Of a stretch of DNA of 64,000 nt, positions 12,561 to 25,569 are shown one piece after another. How positions within the stretch are numbered: position 1 is the first letter of the stretch; the number at the start of each line of letters is the position of its first letter. The notes under the pieces were generated by a model that saw nothing but the letters and a program-made list of their open reading frames with translations, was not told the origin of the DNA and did not search any database. The stretch is taken from assembly GCA_964016885.1 (NCBI GenBank), contig OZ024740.1, forward strand, positions 395,994,001 through 396,058,000, in the 5' to 3' direction. The stretch is from Eledone cirrhosa. Taxonomy: Eukaryota. Both the position numbers and the translations under genes were made by a program.

Positions 12561-12689
12561 ACAAAGAATATGTCCGCACCAGCAAAGTTATCTCCCCTAC
12601 ATAGATTGGCTAATAACCCAAACAATTTAAGGATAAAGATAACGAGAGTAACAGTTTAGTCCCAAACTATATAACAAACTAATATTTCT

Positions 12690-13625
12690 TATTTTTCTCT
12701 ATTCTCTGCACACTTATGCTACATTCTAGTTGACCTCTTCTCTCTGTGAAGAACTTATGAGTTTATTGTTTGTGCATACATGCTTCATTTCTTACCAATC
12801 TTCACAAGTCCTCTGCACATAAAGCCTAAGTTTCACTTCCATGCAGCATTACCACCATTTGTACACAAGCATTATACAATCTGCCTTTCATTTTGAGGAA
12901 AAAAACTTTTTATAGTCAGCAGTAGTAGTTCTTAAGGTGCCGTGTTTCACTTCCGTACAAGAGTGTGGACAGCACGTTGCTGTTGTAGAATCTCATCTTT
13001 GTTTTGAGGGTGAACTTCCTGCTCTTCCAGATCTTGTCAAGCTGGTTAAATGCTGCTGAAGCCTTTCCCATTCTAGATTGCAATTCACTGTCCATGGTGC
13101 CCTCATTGTTAATGGAGCTTCCTAGGTAGGTGAAGTTGTCCACTATCTCCACCTCCCCCTGTTCAATGAAAAAGTTGGACGCATTCGATTCCAGATGTCT
13201 GCGAAAGATCCTGGGGATTAAATGGAGTGACCATGTAACAAACGAGGAAGTCAGGAACCGCACCAACCAGCAGCTAGTCTCTTCTACCAAGCGACGCCTG
13301 GGCTGGTTTGGACATGCTTTGAGACTTCCCCCGGAGAGACTGGCGAACCAAGTACTTAAATGGAGCCCGCAGGGAAGCAGACGGAGAAGGTGACCCAAAA
13401 TGAACTGGCGCCAGATAGTTGAGAGGGACCTGCGAGCAACAAACAGACAATGGCGGGACGCTGTGCAACTGGCTGCTGACCGAACGTGATGGAACACTAT
13501 GATTGCCTCATGCGTCGCAAGACGCGGGAGCTTCTGAGTCTGAGTCTGAGAGTAGTAGTTCTTTGAAGTTTCTCCACTATGTTCTCATTATTGCTACTGT
13601 ACATTCAGAACACCTACCCCAACTG
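12690..13625 (-). mobile_element. Older RTE fragment split by a nested insertion (pieces ~12690-12933 and ~13551-13625)
   Basis: Both pieces align to consecutive parts of the RTE at roughly 48600-48890. Confidence 0.65.
12934..13550 (+). mobile_element. 5'-inverted RTE-clade LINE fragment with 13-bp TSD
   Basis: TSD AGTAGTAGTTCTT at 12921-12933 and 13551-13563. About 12934-13165 reads on minus (FTYLGS...LLYGSET); 13166-13550 reads on plus (LDAFDSRCLRKILGIKW...RRLGWFGHALR) and ends in a (TCTGAG)3 tail. Confidence 0.85.
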
Positions 13626-16422
13626 CTAATTTTTTTTTTTAAAACCGAATATTCCTTTATTAAGAACAAACCTGGTATATTTATAGCTACCTTTTAACAT
13701 AGCATCGAGTAGTATGCTAGTATGTATATGTTTGCATGTATGTATGTTGTATGTATGTATTGTGTGTGTATACTATGGTAAAGGACGTGCGTCTACATGT
13801 GAGAATACAGATACCTAAATATGGAATGTTACACGAAAATGTAAGAATCCCAAATGCAGAAAATAACTGAAACAGTTGATCACTGTAAATAATAGCTTAG
13901 GTATTCACATGGTATTCGAGAGATAGAGTTCGATTCTCTATAACAGCTGCTGGCCATTACTTTTTTCTGTCTACAGAGGTATTTGATACAATTTTCTAAA
14001 TTGATACAATTTTCTAAACTATTATTTATTGCAATCGACTTTTCTTACAGATATTTTCTATGCTTTGGATTCCCACATTTTCATATTCGAAATAAATGTT
14101 GAGGATGGAATCAAAGGAGAGATAAACATTTTTAGTGGATAATGTATTGCACTTCTTATCGTAGGTTCTAGTTCAAATCCACTCCAGGGATCTCATTGTA
14201 TTGCTGGCCATAATTCTATTTGAGCTACTTCACAGTATAGGTAGCAATGTTACCTGCAATAGATAGTTATCCTTCCCAGAATGAAACTAAAGCTAAATAC
14301 TGGTCCATAAATGTCCCTCAAAACATAGGAAGCAGTTCCATACAAAATAATGGCACAAACGTTATTTCATCTCCAAGAAAATATATTCTTCTAAATTTGT
14401 GTGTTGTCTTTCATTAGTATAATTGTCTCTCCCAATACCTTTCATACACAGTTCCTTTCTCAACTTACTGTGGAATATATTATACTTATCTCCTTCCTCT
14501 CAAGACAATATATGATATACATTTTTTTGTCTATTTTTATTTTAACTCTGCATCATACATTTTAAACAAAGCTCATACAGTCAGCCTTTCATATACAAGG
14601 AGAAACTGAATCAACTCTGGTATAATGTACAAGTCTGGGAATGAGACATCTGATGTTGACCATCAAACGTCAAATCAATTGAAACATGGTGCAGATGTGA
14701 ATATCAAACTGTCATCATATGTATCTCAGTTTTTTTTAATACATATACCTGAGTGTTGTAAAAGTCAACTAAAAGGGTTGGCATAAGAAAGGATATCTGA
14801 ACATAAAACTGTCCAATTCATCCAATTCATGCCAGTATAGAAAAATGGATGAAAAAATAATAATTGTTTCTACTTTTTTTTTTTTTTTTAAAATAATAAT
14901 GATGATAAAGTAGAAGGTCCATAAATTTTAGATGCAAATCATTTTCATCTCACTGTACTTAATTAAATTACAGATAATCAGAACAGTAATTGACCAATTT
15001 CCTTATCAAGATTTTACACCAAATATTCCATGGTGTCATGGGTGCTTTTTGAGGCAGTGTTTTATGGCTAATGTCTTTCCTGACACTTATTCTTTTATTT
15101 GCCTTTTATAACATGGTGTACCTATTTTAAAAATTGGGATACACACACACACACACACATATTGATCAGACAGGCTTCTGTTATCCAAATTCCACTCATA
15201 GGAATCAGACCCAGAACCTCATAATTGTCAAACTTATTTAACCTCATATATATGTTTCCATCTGAGGAATCTATGATCTTTAATTTGTGATTTTCATACT
15301 CTAAGTCTCTGTAGCACATTTATACTCAAAGTCCTCTTTTCTTATCACTTGTCCAAAAAGCCCATTTCACTGTTTCTGTGCCAATTATTTGGCCTGACAA
15401 TAGAGTACCTGGTGCCTATCTACTTCCTTCAAGTATAGCATGTCAGCTTTCTCTCTCATCCTACTAAGCTTTTATGATATGTATTACAAAGAAAAACTTT
15501 AATCTTGGCTGAGTTTTCCTTCTAGCCTTTTGACTGAAGACTACTCTAACAATTTGCAAACTTCTATAATAGCTTTATAATTGACGTCTAGTCTTCAACT
15601 TAAGTGTGATAGTCTCAAAAACTAGGACTATGAACAAACCCTTGACAATACTTTTTTGTAAATTTAATTACTTGTTAAGATCATTGATCATCATTTATGA
15701 ACCATTCACCCATGTCTGCATGGATCTAGTCATAGTTTTTATCAAGGTCACTAAAGTGCAAAGGATAGTTTTCTTCATGGTTTGAAATATAACATTAGTA
15801 CTAAAGGAATCAGAATAATGCTACATTGAAGCTTTAGTAACAAGGTTTTAATCTAAATCTATTGTAATCTAAAACTAAGCTTCAGATAACCAATACAGGT
15901 TTACAACGTAGATAATCCGGATTATCATTAAACCTTAAAATAAAATTAGTATATTCCCAATAATGGTTTATATGTGAACAAACATTTTTTAATATCGATT
16001 AAAATTATATAATTACTAAGACCTAGTGTGTAAAAGAAAAATAAATTTGCTGACATATCTATATAAGCATACACCATATACAAAAATTATTAGGATTGTA
16101 ATTATGATAAATCATCGCTGCCATGCATCATATTTTATGATATATAAATATGCTGCCTGATGCACACATACTGTGTGTATTCATTCTTTTTTTCAGATCT
16201 CAGTATTAAAGTAGTTACAGTTAAAGTGAACAAAATTTGATTTAATACTGCCTTACTCAACAAAATATTCTGGGCTTTCTTTTTACTGTCTACTGTTATC
16301 TTCTTTTGATGGTTCAAAAGTACAAACGAATTCCAGAATGCTTTGAATAGTAGTAGGAGAACACAAGAATAAATACTGTCTGAAATGCCAAAAAACTATA
16401 ATCATAATCTCTCATTATTACC

Positions 16423-16525
16423 CCCCGCCGAGGTTAACTTTGCCTTTCATCCTTACGGGGTCGATAAAATAAAGTACCAGTAATATACTGGGTAATTGGT
16501 GGCCTTGTGCCAAAGGTAGAAACAA
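16423..16525 (+). mobile_element. tRNA-derived SINE, 5'-truncated
   Basis: Same family as the adjacent copy; ATTATTACC duplicated on both sides. Confidence 0.8.
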
Positions 16526-16540
16526 TTATTACCACAATTA

Positions 16541-16726
16541 TGGCGGTGGATTGGCAGTATCGGTAGAGGGTCGGATGCCATGCTTTCCATCATAGTTACA
16601 TCTCTTTACGATCTGAGTTCAAATCCCGCTGAGGTTGACTTTGCCTTTCATCCTTAGCGGGTCGATAAAATAAAATACCAGTAATGCACTGGGTAATTGC
16701 TGGCCTTGTGCCTAAAGTAGAAACAA
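16541..16726 (+). mobile_element. tRNA-derived SINE, full length
   Basis: A-box-like TGGCAGTATCGG, B-box GAGTTCAAATCC, central CCTTTCATCCTT...GGTCGATAAAATAA segment; 15-bp TSD TTATTACCACAATTA. Confidence 0.85.
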
Positions 16727-17357
16727 TTATTACCACAATTAAAACTTTCATTTTTCGCCACCACCACTTCCATTACTACCAATATCATCCTTTCTTCCTC
16801 TGAAGTAAGGATATGAACACAAAATTTGTCAATTACACCATGCTTCGTGTTGGTTTAAGCTTGGCTAATTATTGATTGTAACAATATATTGTAATTGTTA
16901 CATAAAATACCATATAGGAAAATAGTTTATAAAATGGATAAACTATAGTAATCATTAACATACCTTTCAAATTTAAATTAACATGCCAAGAAAACATCAT
17001 TCACTATCTCACCTCCTACTTTCGTTTCTTCCTAACTTTTTTTAATAATGAATATTTTTTGATGAAATTTTAAAGACACATGTTTCGAACGTGTAGATTA
17101 GAATTTATATGGATGAAACTAAGAAAACAATTTCTTTTCAGACTTTTATACGTTCGTTAATGCTTTCATTTACTAAATACTTTCCATCTTTATTTGTTGT
17201 AGGCTAAAAGTAAACTTTAAGATATTTTCATCATGCCTTTCAACTTTATGTTAATAGTAAATATCAATCAGAATAATGAATTCTTTATTTCTAATGCCAT
17301 AAATGTTATACTGGAACGTAATGTCACTATGAATTGAAAATTATATATATATATATA

Positions 17358-18384
17358 CTAGCAGAGGTACCCAGCGTTGCTCGGATATTAAATAGCAGTT
17401 GTGTATACCATTTATGTCAATACTTCAGTGCTACTTCGAAAACTATACTTTTACAAAATCATCGGCTTTTTCCAAAAGAAGATTCCTGCCCCCAGGGGTC
17501 CCCTACTCAATATGTGCCAATTCTGAGAGTTCACATTCATCATGTGTCAAGATTTGTGAAAATCGGTTGCGAACTCCAGAAGTTATGATGTTTTGTTGCA
17601 TTGCACTGCAGTTCTTCAGTCGACTCCAAGGAAGTGGTTAAAGGGCGTGGTTATCTGCTGGGAGGCCCTATAATCAATATCTGGAAAAATGACAGTGCCC
17701 ATGACCATCCGGAGTACATAAGTAACCTATGTCTTAAGTTTGGTGAAAATACTGTAGAAATGCATAAAGTTTATACATACGCGCATGTGTTTGTGTGTGT
17801 GTGGGGGCGGGGTATGTATTTGTGTATGCGTATGTATGTGTATGTGTATGTACTGGCTTAAATCTTCACTATTTTAATAACCTCTGTCATTTTCGTTTAC
17901 AATTTTATTTACATCATTCTTAAACTCGAGGCTGGAAATCATTCTGTTATTTTAAATAGAATATTAGTCTAACGACTCCATTTATACCATAAACTTGGTC
18001 TTGTCTTTGCATGAAATTGTTCTTCACGCTCCACATAACGACGTATTATCCTCGATTTTTTTTCCCCGTTCATTGCCAGGGAACGTCTTCACGAACCAAA
18101 ATATTGTCTTCCTGTTTTCGTTCGGTTGGAACGTTTCTCGAAATATTTACTTCTGCGTTCGCAGATTACTCTCAGTTCAATTTGAATGGGAAATTCCTGT
18201 TTCATCGATTTTCTCCGTAACCATGGAAGCTTGTACCCTAAAAGTCGACCCAACGCCTCCTCGGATCATTCTGCATAACTGTGTAAATTTTCGCTGCATT
18301 CCACTAAGCCATTTCGACGTTTATCCGACTACACCTACTTACTTAAATATACAACGTCCGACCACTTCCAACTTATATAGTAGA
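17358..18384 (-). mobile_element. Non-autonomous Helitron, unit 1
   Basis: On the minus strand it starts TCTACTATATAA and ends with a GC-rich hairpin followed by CTAG, then T. Confidence 0.8.
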
Positions 18385-19459
18385 CTAGCAGAAGTACCCG
18401 GCGTTGCTCGGGTATTAAATAGCAGTTGTGTATACCATTTATGTCAATACTTCAGTGCTACTTCGAAAACTATACTTTTACAAAATCATCGGCTTTTTCC
18501 AAAAGAGGGTTCCTGCCCCCAGGGGTTCCCTACTCAATATGTGCCAATTCTGAGAGTTCACCTTCATCTGTTGGACAAACGTAGCCCATGTGTCAAGTTT
18601 TGTGAAAATCGGTTGCGAACTCCAGAAGTTATGACGTTTTGTTGCATTGCACTGCAGTTCTTCAGTCGACTCCAAGGAAGTGGTTAAAGGGGGTGGTTAT
18701 CTGCCGGGAGGCCCTATAATCAATATCTGTAAAAATGAAAGTGCCCATGACCATCCGGAGTACATAAGTAACCTATGTTTTAAGTCTAGTGAACATACTG
18801 TAGAAATGCATAAGGTTTATACACGCGCGCGCTCGTGTGTGTGTGTGTGTGGGGGGGGGGGTATGTATTTGTGTGTGCGTATGTATGTGTATGTCCGTCG
18901 GGGCATACATATGTACTGGCCTAAATCTTCACTATTTACTTTTACTATTTTAATAACCTCTGTCATTTTCGTTTTCAATTTTATTTACATCATTCTTAAA
19001 CTCCGTGGCTGGAAATCATTCTGTTATGTTAAATAGAATATTAGTTTAACGACTCCATTTATACCATAAACTTGGTCTTGTCTTTGCATGAAATTGTTCT
19101 TCACGATCCACATAACGACGTATTATCCTCGATTTTTTTCCCCTTCATTGCCAGGGAACGTCTTCACGAACCAAAATATCGTATTCCTGTTTTCGTTCGG
19201 TTGGAACGTTTCTCGAAATATTTACTTCTGCGTTAACAGAATACTCTCAGTTCAATTTAAATGGGAAATTCCTGTTTCATCGATTTTCTCTGTAAACATG
19301 GAAGCTTGTACCCTAAAAGTCGACCCAACGCCTCCTCGAGTCATTCTGCATAACTGTGTAAATTTTCGCTGCATTCCACCCAGCCGTTTCGACGTTTATC
19401 CGACTACACCTACTTACTTAAATATACAACGTCCGACCACTTCCAATTTATATAGTAGA
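18385..19459 (-). mobile_element. Non-autonomous Helitron, unit 2 (tandem copy of unit 1)
   Basis: Highly similar to unit 1; subterminal CCCGAGCAACGCCGGG hairpin and CTAG; exact CTAG|TC junction at 18385/18384. Confidence 0.8.
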
Positions 19460-21088
19460 CAAGCATTAAAGCCTGGCGTTGCTCGGGGTCATTAAGTTAC
19501 CAAAGTTAGGTTGCACCACCCATTTTATGGCAGCACTTTTTTGTCTGCCAGGCACTGGGTGAATGAATTGCAGACCTGCGCCAGCAGTGACAATCGTAGT
19601 TTCACCTATGGATATTATCTCTGTGCAAAAAAGTATTGAAATTTATTGTTTCACAGTACTTGCGCAACACGCGCTTAGACGATGCCAGCCGAACAACAGA
19701 GCTGCGATGGAGTTGTTCTGCATGGTTGTCTGTGTGTTTTCTAAATTTAAGACAGTAGGGAGGGTTGTGATATGAGGGAGAGTTAGCTGTTGTTTCTAGC
19801 AGGTTTAGTGACCTCATAGAGGATATGTGTTTTCTAAATTTAAGACAGTAGGGAGTGATGTGATATGGGGGAGAGTTAGCTGCTGTAGGTAAGCAGATGA
19901 TATGAGAGAGTAAAACGGACAGTATCACCATCAAGCTTGGAAAGAGAAAGTAGTAGAAAGTATGAAGTTGTATAGATTTTGAATGGTAGTGGAAAGAGTT
20001 TAGCAGTTTAAATGACAGAAAAATCGTAAAATATTGAGTTTTATCTATTTTTTGCGTAATTGTGGGTGAAATTGAAAAAAATGAGATGTGCCAAGACGCA
20101 ATCGAAACTATTTCGAATACTGAATTGTAAATTTCAATTGAAGAAATTCTATATCGTAGATTTCTATAAGAAAGGAGCATGACCACACACTGAGCTTTAT
20201 AGATTATGATTTGTTTATATATGAATGACAAAAAGAAAAGTACAAAACTATACATGAATTGTTTCTACTAAACCTTCAATTTAAGACACAACCTACATAT
20301 TTGATAGGACTCCAGCTCACACCTTCTTCTTCTTTTGCTCCCCCTGGAACATTGGGCTGCGAGCCACCCCCACACAACGCCATGTTCTGAGTCTGCTTTT
20401 CAACTCCACCTTGATGCACGGTGCGTCATGGTGTATCTAACCATTTTTTTAGGTCTTACTACGGCTGATTTCTTCCAGAGAGAAAGAAAGAGATTGAAAA
20501 AGGCAGAGAAGATTGATCCCCGGAGGAATAATAAAAAATGTTTACACTGCACATTTCATTTTTTCAAAGCTAAAGCTTTGCCGATCCAAAATCAGTAATT
20601 CAACTCCCTGGAAACTTTCAAATATATGCTGTTCTAGCATGAATATTATGCTAAAGGGCAGCTGTCCACAAAGTAAGATTTACTTGCATATCCCGCTCAT
20701 ATAAACACATAAATACATGCATTACAGTTGATATTTTTTTTTATTAAAGCGTTTTCATATTATATATATATAGTGACGAAACATAAGTCAATTGCATCAA
20801 CTCATAATTCTTTATTTACTGCTTTATTTGTATGAAATTGTAAATAAGACAAAAGTATTAGAACAGGGGGAAATAACTCACCGAACGCGATAGTAAATAG
20901 ACCGTTTTGGGGCCCCAGGGACCACATTTTTCAACTTAGAGATTTGAAACCTCGTCTATTTGCTTCCTTGGCACTTTTTACAGAGGTGTGTAAATTTTCA
21001 TGTCCGTCCGACCACGTCTACTACCATTTAACCGTGCACAACTGAATTTCAACCACCACCCATTTCACAAATATATATAAGAAATAGA
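19460..21088 (-). mobile_element. Probable third, different non-autonomous Helitron
   Basis: Related 3' hairpin (CCGAGCAACGCCAGG) and CTTG terminus abut unit 2. Candidate 5' end TCTATTTCTTATATATAT at 21088, preceded by A. Contains an internal ~60-bp duplication (19733 and 19826). Confidence 0.5.
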
Positions 21089-21707
21089 TATATATTATAT
21101 ATATATATATTTTAACTTTAATTATATCTCATAAAATAATACAACTGGCTTTCCACAAAATACATATGATTAGCACCCCAAACACTTAAATTGGGTTTAT
21201 ACTAACATATAACCTAATGTTTGTTGAGTGAGATGGTTACCAGTCGGAGTTTAGCTTTAAGCTATCTCTGTTATTGTATTAAATATATTATATATATATT
21301 TTTTATTTTTTATTTTTTATTCACAATTACATATATAACGCACAAAAATATATGATCAAAGCGAGAGAAAAAAGATAAAAACAAATATCAATTCCCCACC
21401 AAGTGTGACAATCGGTCACACACCACAAGGGCGGACCTGTCAACTCTCCCCGACCGACGGGGAAATCTCCCATCCACTGGTGTGGGTGAGAGATGTCTTC
21501 AACCAGGCACCCTCACGAGCATTACCTGACATCTGTGGGTAAGGCGAGCCACCAACGATGACAAAAACTTCGCAGTCAGCGACCCAGCTCCATCAAACGT
21601 CTCAAACGCCACAGGCGTTAAAAATTACATTGACATAATAGTAATCTTCGAAATTGTCCTTTTTTCAAAATTTCATAAAGAAATGTACATTATTTAGACA
21701 GTTATGA

Positions 21708-21890
21708 CGTGGATTGGCAGTATCGGTAGAGGGTCGGACGCCATCCTTTGCAACATAGAGTTACGGCCCTTTATGTTCTGAGTTCAAATCCCGCCGAGGT
21801 TAACTTTGCTTTTCATCCTTACGGGGTCGATAAAAAAAAGCACTAGTAATGCACTGGGTAATTGCTGGCCTTCTGCCAAAAGTGGAAACA
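21708..21890 (+). mobile_element. tRNA-derived SINE with 19-bp TSD
   Basis: TSD ATTATTTAGACAGTTATGA at 21689-21707 and 21891-21909; A and B boxes present. Confidence 0.88.
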
Positions 21891-22370
21891 ATTATTTAGA
21901 CAGTTATGAGGAAATAAAGTCGAGAGCATTAAACTATAGTTTTGTCAAATGCTCAAGTCCGATTAGCATCAATATTTGAAGAATTCTTATTCTCTTATAA
22001 TGACTTGTGGAATAGTATGTATGTGAGTGGTCGGCAATCTCTGTGGTGCACGGAGAGATTGCCGAATACTCACACACACATAACGTACAAAACCTGTTTT
22101 AACGACTCCGAGAGCGAAAATAAATTACACTCGGCATGGAAACAGCCAAAATCATTGTTTACATCGCTTAGACCTAAGACAAAGAGGTGCCAATATCTGT
22201 TATGTAAGAGCTAATACCTGAAATTGGAGCAAACAAAATGAGAACCACTTGTTAATATATCTCGGACAGTGAGAAGGTTGATTAACAAAAATCAATTTTA
22301 TCTCGCCTTAAGCTAATCACACACAGGTATCTCTCAAGTGGATGTTACTTATCTACAAACCTATCTACCA

Positions 22371-22557
22371 ATAATTGTTTCTACTTTAGGCACAAGGCCA
22401 GCAATTAACCAGTGCATTACTGGTACTTTATTTTATCGACCCCGTAAGGATGAAAGGCAAAGTCAACCTCGGCGCGATTTGAGCTCAGATCGTAAAGGGA
22501 CGTAACTATGCTGGAAAGCATGGCGTCCGACCCTCTATCGATACTGCCAATCCACCG
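22371..22557 (-). mobile_element. tRNA-derived SINE
   Basis: Reverse complement of the same family. Confidence 0.85.
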
Positions 22558-24035
22558 AATGTATATGTGAATGAATACGTATCAACATTATATAAAGAAA
22601 GAAATACATCACATTCGTAGGTTAAAAGTGATTTCTTTTTAATTCTCCAAACAAATGCACAAAGTTTCTGATATAAACATTAGTATGAAAAAAAAAATGT
22701 TTACACAATCCGACAGTTGGCTTTATTCATATACAGCAAATTTTCACCGTTTCAGTGGGTAAATATATGAAACCAATACTCACAAAAAGTAAGCATTGTC
22801 CAATAAACGGTATTCTTATTGTTTCTTTGCTGTGTTTTGTAAAATGTATTTAATGTTAGCAGTCACCAGCTAGTTTAAAACATTTTTTTTTTTTTATATT
22901 TCTCAAATTTATATAACAAGTGGTATATATTTAATTAGTTTATGTCAAACCTTCAACTTGACGTTACTTCAACACATAATTTCATTGCATTCGGTTACAG
23001 AAATACAAAGACCTTGAAGGACTTTCTTACTTCTTTTAAAAGTATTAACAACATAAAAATATGGGTATCACAGTTAACGATTCGAACGCGAAATTTTCAA
23101 AAATATCTGACGGTTTGATTAAAGATTTTCAAATTTTGCGCAAGTATGCTTTCATAAGAAATTATATTTAATTTTTTTAATTTTTGCGTGTTGACATTAT
23201 TGAACGTGAAGAATGTAATACGTGAAGATGTTTGTTGTGACTGGGTTGACAATTATTTCAAAATAAGTGATTGTTGGTGCTAATTATATGAATGCCAAAG
23301 TTAAAATCGATGAAAACTGTTTCTTTTCTTTTTCCTCATTAAAGATCAGTTATTATTTGATGGACACAAACGTTTTCTCATACTTGGTTCTAATAAGAAC
23401 AAGAATCACATTAGAGCCTCTCGCAGAGCAAACCATGTAAATACTTGGCAATGTCCGATGGGTTGTATAAGATCAACTGGGAAGACGTACATGATGTGGT
23501 GGCATGCATCTACGTATATGAAAGAAAATTGACCCTGTTCATTAACAGTCCATCAAAAATCCCCCTAGAAAAGGGCCTTTTCTCATCATATACGAAGGCG
23601 TTCAAATGAAGAGAAAATTAATGGAATAACAAACATCTACAAGTATTCTCTGTGCTTTTACACATGGTTACAGGCAAATTTCAATTGTAATACTTCTTTT
23701 GTGTTGTATGTCATCGTAAAATATATTGTTTTATATTATCCTTATTTGTGATGTAATGTTTTTAAAATTAAATTTTGAAAATTCTCTCGCTCTGATCGTA
23801 TATTTTTGTCGTTATATTTGTGAGGTTCATAGTAATAGTTAATTGTATTTATTATGTGTTTATATTTTCATTCTGAAAAAATTGGGAACAATTTGTAATG
23901 TTATTTATAAACAATTAAAAGTTTTCTACTCATTAATTAAATAGTCAATAGTGATGGAAAATACGTATAAAATTAGAAATGTTTAAAAAAAATGGAAAGG
24001 TTCAGCGAAGGGCAACATAAATATACTATAATGGA

Positions 24036-24950
24036 TTATAAAATGAAAGGGATAATGGCAGTGCGATTTCGAGGAAAATCATTAAATTCTCTTTTGTAAT
24101 TTGTAAGCTTGTTGAAAGACCATACAGTCATTTGATAGAAACCGGCTAGAGTGAAGAGTCCGACAGGGAAACATTGTGTCATAATTGTAAAACCGGCCCA
24201 AGCCATCACCTCATAGGTGTAGTTAGGGCAGCTGACAAGATGAAAGACCCAGGTGAAAGGATTCAATCCTGGATAAGGTATTAATCGTCGTGTAGAATTG
24301 CGGGGCCGGAGGTTGCGTAATGCGATATGAATAGAAAAATTACCGATTTCTGAAAAGATGAAAAGCGCGAGTCCAGCATATATCTGTTTGTTGCCGATGG
24401 CTGGTGAAGTGTAAAGTGGATGATTCATGTAATAAGCAATGTAAGTCGCAAAACCCCAGTAATATCCACAGTTCTTGAAAATATTGCGAATGGGCATGGT
24501 AGAGTGAGAAAATCGGTGTACAAACATGGTCTCCAGTAGTCTTTTTGCATAATGAAAGCACCAACAGCCGGCAGCTAGGTCCACAACGAAGGCACGAGGT
24601 TCATTGGAAGCATCTTGACCATAAATAAAGTCAGGGCGAATATAAAAAAATGCATAGATAAAAAGGGGTCCAGCATATTCTGTGAGGAATACTGTGGCCC
24701 ATCCTATTTGAGATCCAAGATCTTTGAAATAAAGAACAGCTTTTTTGTTGAACCCTAAACTGGTTAATGTTTCGTCATCTTGAAGTAACCTGCCCCGTGC
24801 TTCTTTACGAAACGATTGTCGTTCATATGGTAATTTCGGACTGAATTTCTTATATTCCTTTTTAACATCGTTTATCGTAGACAGAGATTTGAGATTATTG
24901 AAGGAAACAATATATTTGCCAGTTTTCGCACTCACGATATCAACTTCCAT
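24036..24950 (-). CDS. TECR: Very-long-chain enoyl-CoA reductase (trans-2,3-enoyl-CoA reductase), single coding exon, 304 aa
   Basis: N-terminal ubiquitin-like region followed by YFKDLGSQIGWATVFLTEYAGPL, HYAKRLLETMFVHRFSHSTMP, NIFKNCGYYWGF, VSCPNYTYE and terminal IIPFIL, all characteristic of TECR/Tsc13. Confidence 0.95.
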   Translation of the reverse strand: MEVDIVSAKTGKYIVSFNNLKSLSTINDVKKEYKKFSPKLPYERQSFRKEARGRLLQDDETLTSLGFNKKAVLYFKDLGSQIGWATVFLTEYAGPLFIYAFFYIRPDFIYGQDASNEPRAFVVDLAAGCWCFHYAKRLLETMFVHRFSHSTMPIRNIFKNCGYYWGFATYIAYYMNHPLYTSPAIGNKQIYAGLALFIFSEIGNFSIHIALRNLRPRNSTRRLIPYPGLNPFTWVFHLVSCPNYTYEVMAWAGFTIMTQCFPVGLFTLAGFYQMTVWSFNKLTNYKREFNDFPRNRTAIIPFIL

Positions 24951-25569
24951 AGTTATACATGCGACAAGTCACACACACCTATAGTAAAATAGTAGAATCG
25001 GCGGTAACTAGTGGTGTTCTGCGCCTGCGAAAAGTAATACATATATAATTCAAACAGGAGAATAAATGCTGGTTAATGAAGAAGAGAAGTCTAATGTATC
25101 AGAAAAAATCCTACGTCGGGGGGATAATAAATGTCACTTGGTATTAAAGGATAAATATAACTTGGTTTGTGTGTGTGTGTGTAAGAGATAACGTATTAAT
25201 TAAATGTAAGTGGCAACAGCTAATGAGAGGAGGAAAAGAAAGGAAAGCCAACAGATTTCATAAACAGTGGTGGAAAAAAGAGACAAGGAACGGGTATACA
25301 AGCAGATGAATATATATACAATACACGGTCGTATTATCTCTCTCTCTCTCTCTCTCTAGCATCGAGTGCTCTAACGGCCTACCGCATACAGACGCTTTAA
25401 GCATCCCACACCAATTATATATGTATATATAGTGGGGATCAGATCTAGCTGGTGCCAGTACCCTGAGCCAGGATGACGCCAGGAAACTTTGTGCTGAGCT
25501 TTGGCCTGGAAGTAGGTGTTGGTAACACATAGTCCATGGATCATATAGATCTCAAGCAGTCGTTATCCG

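Noticed and set aside
16541-16640. tRNA gene
   Set aside because: A and B boxes are present, but there is no cloverleaf and the sequence continues into a dispersed SINE body with a TSD.
17995-19495. Duplicated 135-230 aa ORFs as a tandem gene pair
   Set aside because: They lie within and across non-autonomous Helitron units, have no recognisable domain, and frames are not preserved between copies.
21290-21630. GC-rich segment with a T-rich end, possibly a minus-strand LINE 3' end
   Set aside because: No convincing protein motif could be read; left unassigned.
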